Of a stretch of DNA of 19,043 bases, positions 17,977-19,043 are shown one piece after another. The position numbers and the translations under genes were made by a program. Every line of letters begins with the position of its first letter. Position 1 is the stretch's first letter. The notes under the pieces are model-generated. The model made no database searches. It was not told where the DNA came from and saw only the letters and a program-made list of their open reading frames with translations. The stretch is taken from assembly GCF_006345805.1 (NCBI RefSeq), contig NW_021824325.1, positions 1 through 19,043 of the forward strand, given 5' to 3'. Source of the stretch: Octopus sinensis (Eukaryota).

Positions 17977-18424
17977 TATGATTAAGTTGGTCGGAAACTG
18001 CCAAGATTATTGCAGCCTCCCCTCTCACTTCCCCCTCTCTTTTTTATCCATCTCTCTTTCTCTCCTTTTTCCTCTCCTGTCCCCTATTCTCCTTTCTCAA
18101 GATCCCTTCCTTTTTCTCACAAATACCATAAATACATTATTTGTACTTGAATAATGCATGTATTACTTTTTTTCTCACAGATTCTGCAACACAACCCCCT
18201 TCCCCGACCACTACCTCACCTCTAATCCGCCCACCTCTCCTCACTTCATCTCTCACACCCCTCCCCTCAACCTCCAACACACAATCATCGCCTCTCCCGG
18301 TCTCCACCTTTCGCCCCTTTCCACACCCGCCCCCACAATCCATCCTCCCCCGCTCCGTCTCCAAATGTCATCTCTTAACTGTTGGCTGCATTACGATACA
18401 TCACCACAAAAGACCACAAGAGCA

Positions 18425-18474
<50 letters not shown>

Positions 18475-18548
18475 AACAACAATACTACTACTACAACTAT
18501 CAAAATCACCACCACCACTACTACTACCACCACAACTACTACTACAAT

Positions 18549-18580
<32 letters not shown>

Positions 18581-18915
18581 ATACTACTACTACTAATACT
18601 ACTACTACTAATATTACTACTACTACCACCACCACTACCACAACTACTACTACTACTACTACTACTACTATTACAACTACTACTACTACAACCAAACCAC
18701 CACCACCACCACCACTACTACTACTACTACTATCACCACCACCACCACCACCACCACCACCACCACCACCACCACCACCACCACTACTACTACTACTATC
18801 ACCACCACTACCACCACCACCACTACTACTACTATCACCACCACCACCACCACCACCACCACTACCAGAAACACCACGACAACAACCATCACCACTGTCA
18901 ACACAACCATCAACA
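18425..18915. repeat. Mosaic (TAC)n/(CAC)n trinucleotide array
   Basis: Direct reading. Confidence 0.95.
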
Positions 18916-19043
18916 CCACTGCTCTCTCTCTCTCTCTCCATCTTACACAAACGCATCATAACAGCCGCCAGGCATTTCTGTTTGGTGGGCGGTGGAGGAG
19001 GGATTATGTCAGTGTTTAATGTAGTGACAATAACGGACTGGGG

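Noticed and set aside
18195-18352. G-quadruplex potential on the minus strand
   Set aside because: G-runs are present but irregular, within low-complexity sequence and with no functional context.
18141-18961. Poly-Leu/His/Tyr/Val/Gly ORFs
   Set aside because: Artefacts of the (TAC)/(CAC) arrays and a C-rich low-complexity tract.

Overview
Repeat-dominated, AT-rich eukaryotic genomic DNA, most likely intron/intergenic sequence from an octopus (inferred from my recognition of the SINE families, not from a search). There is no complete protein-coding gene. Nearly all long ORFs in the supplied track are translations of microsatellites (TATC, TACA, CA, GAT, CAC/TAC). Supported content: (i) four copies of one ~400-bp tRNA-derived SINE plus remnants of at least two other SINE families; (ii) three 5'-truncated RTE-clade LINE fragments, one with an 11-bp TSD and an empty-site paralogue in the same window; (iii) a 5'-truncated LINE-like insert with a 20-bp TSD nested in another repeat; (iv) a Penelope-like element (PLE) with a frameshifted GIY-YIG endonuclease and two further PLE 3'/pLTR fragments; (v) four type I hammerhead ribozyme motifs, all on the + strand: two with an A6U/extra-A variant core, one with a 59-nt stem II, one with a 10-bp stem I; plus one decayed copy; (vi) a 79-bp near-perfect palindrome (39-bp arms) inside an 83-bp TA-flanked MITE-like unit, 64-bp and 207-bp tandem repeats and a 50-bp inverted-repeat pair; (vii) a candidate signal-peptide-encoding first exon at 1029-1083 (+), which would place the rest of the window in an intron. 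All alignments and folds were done by eye; none was computed or searched.
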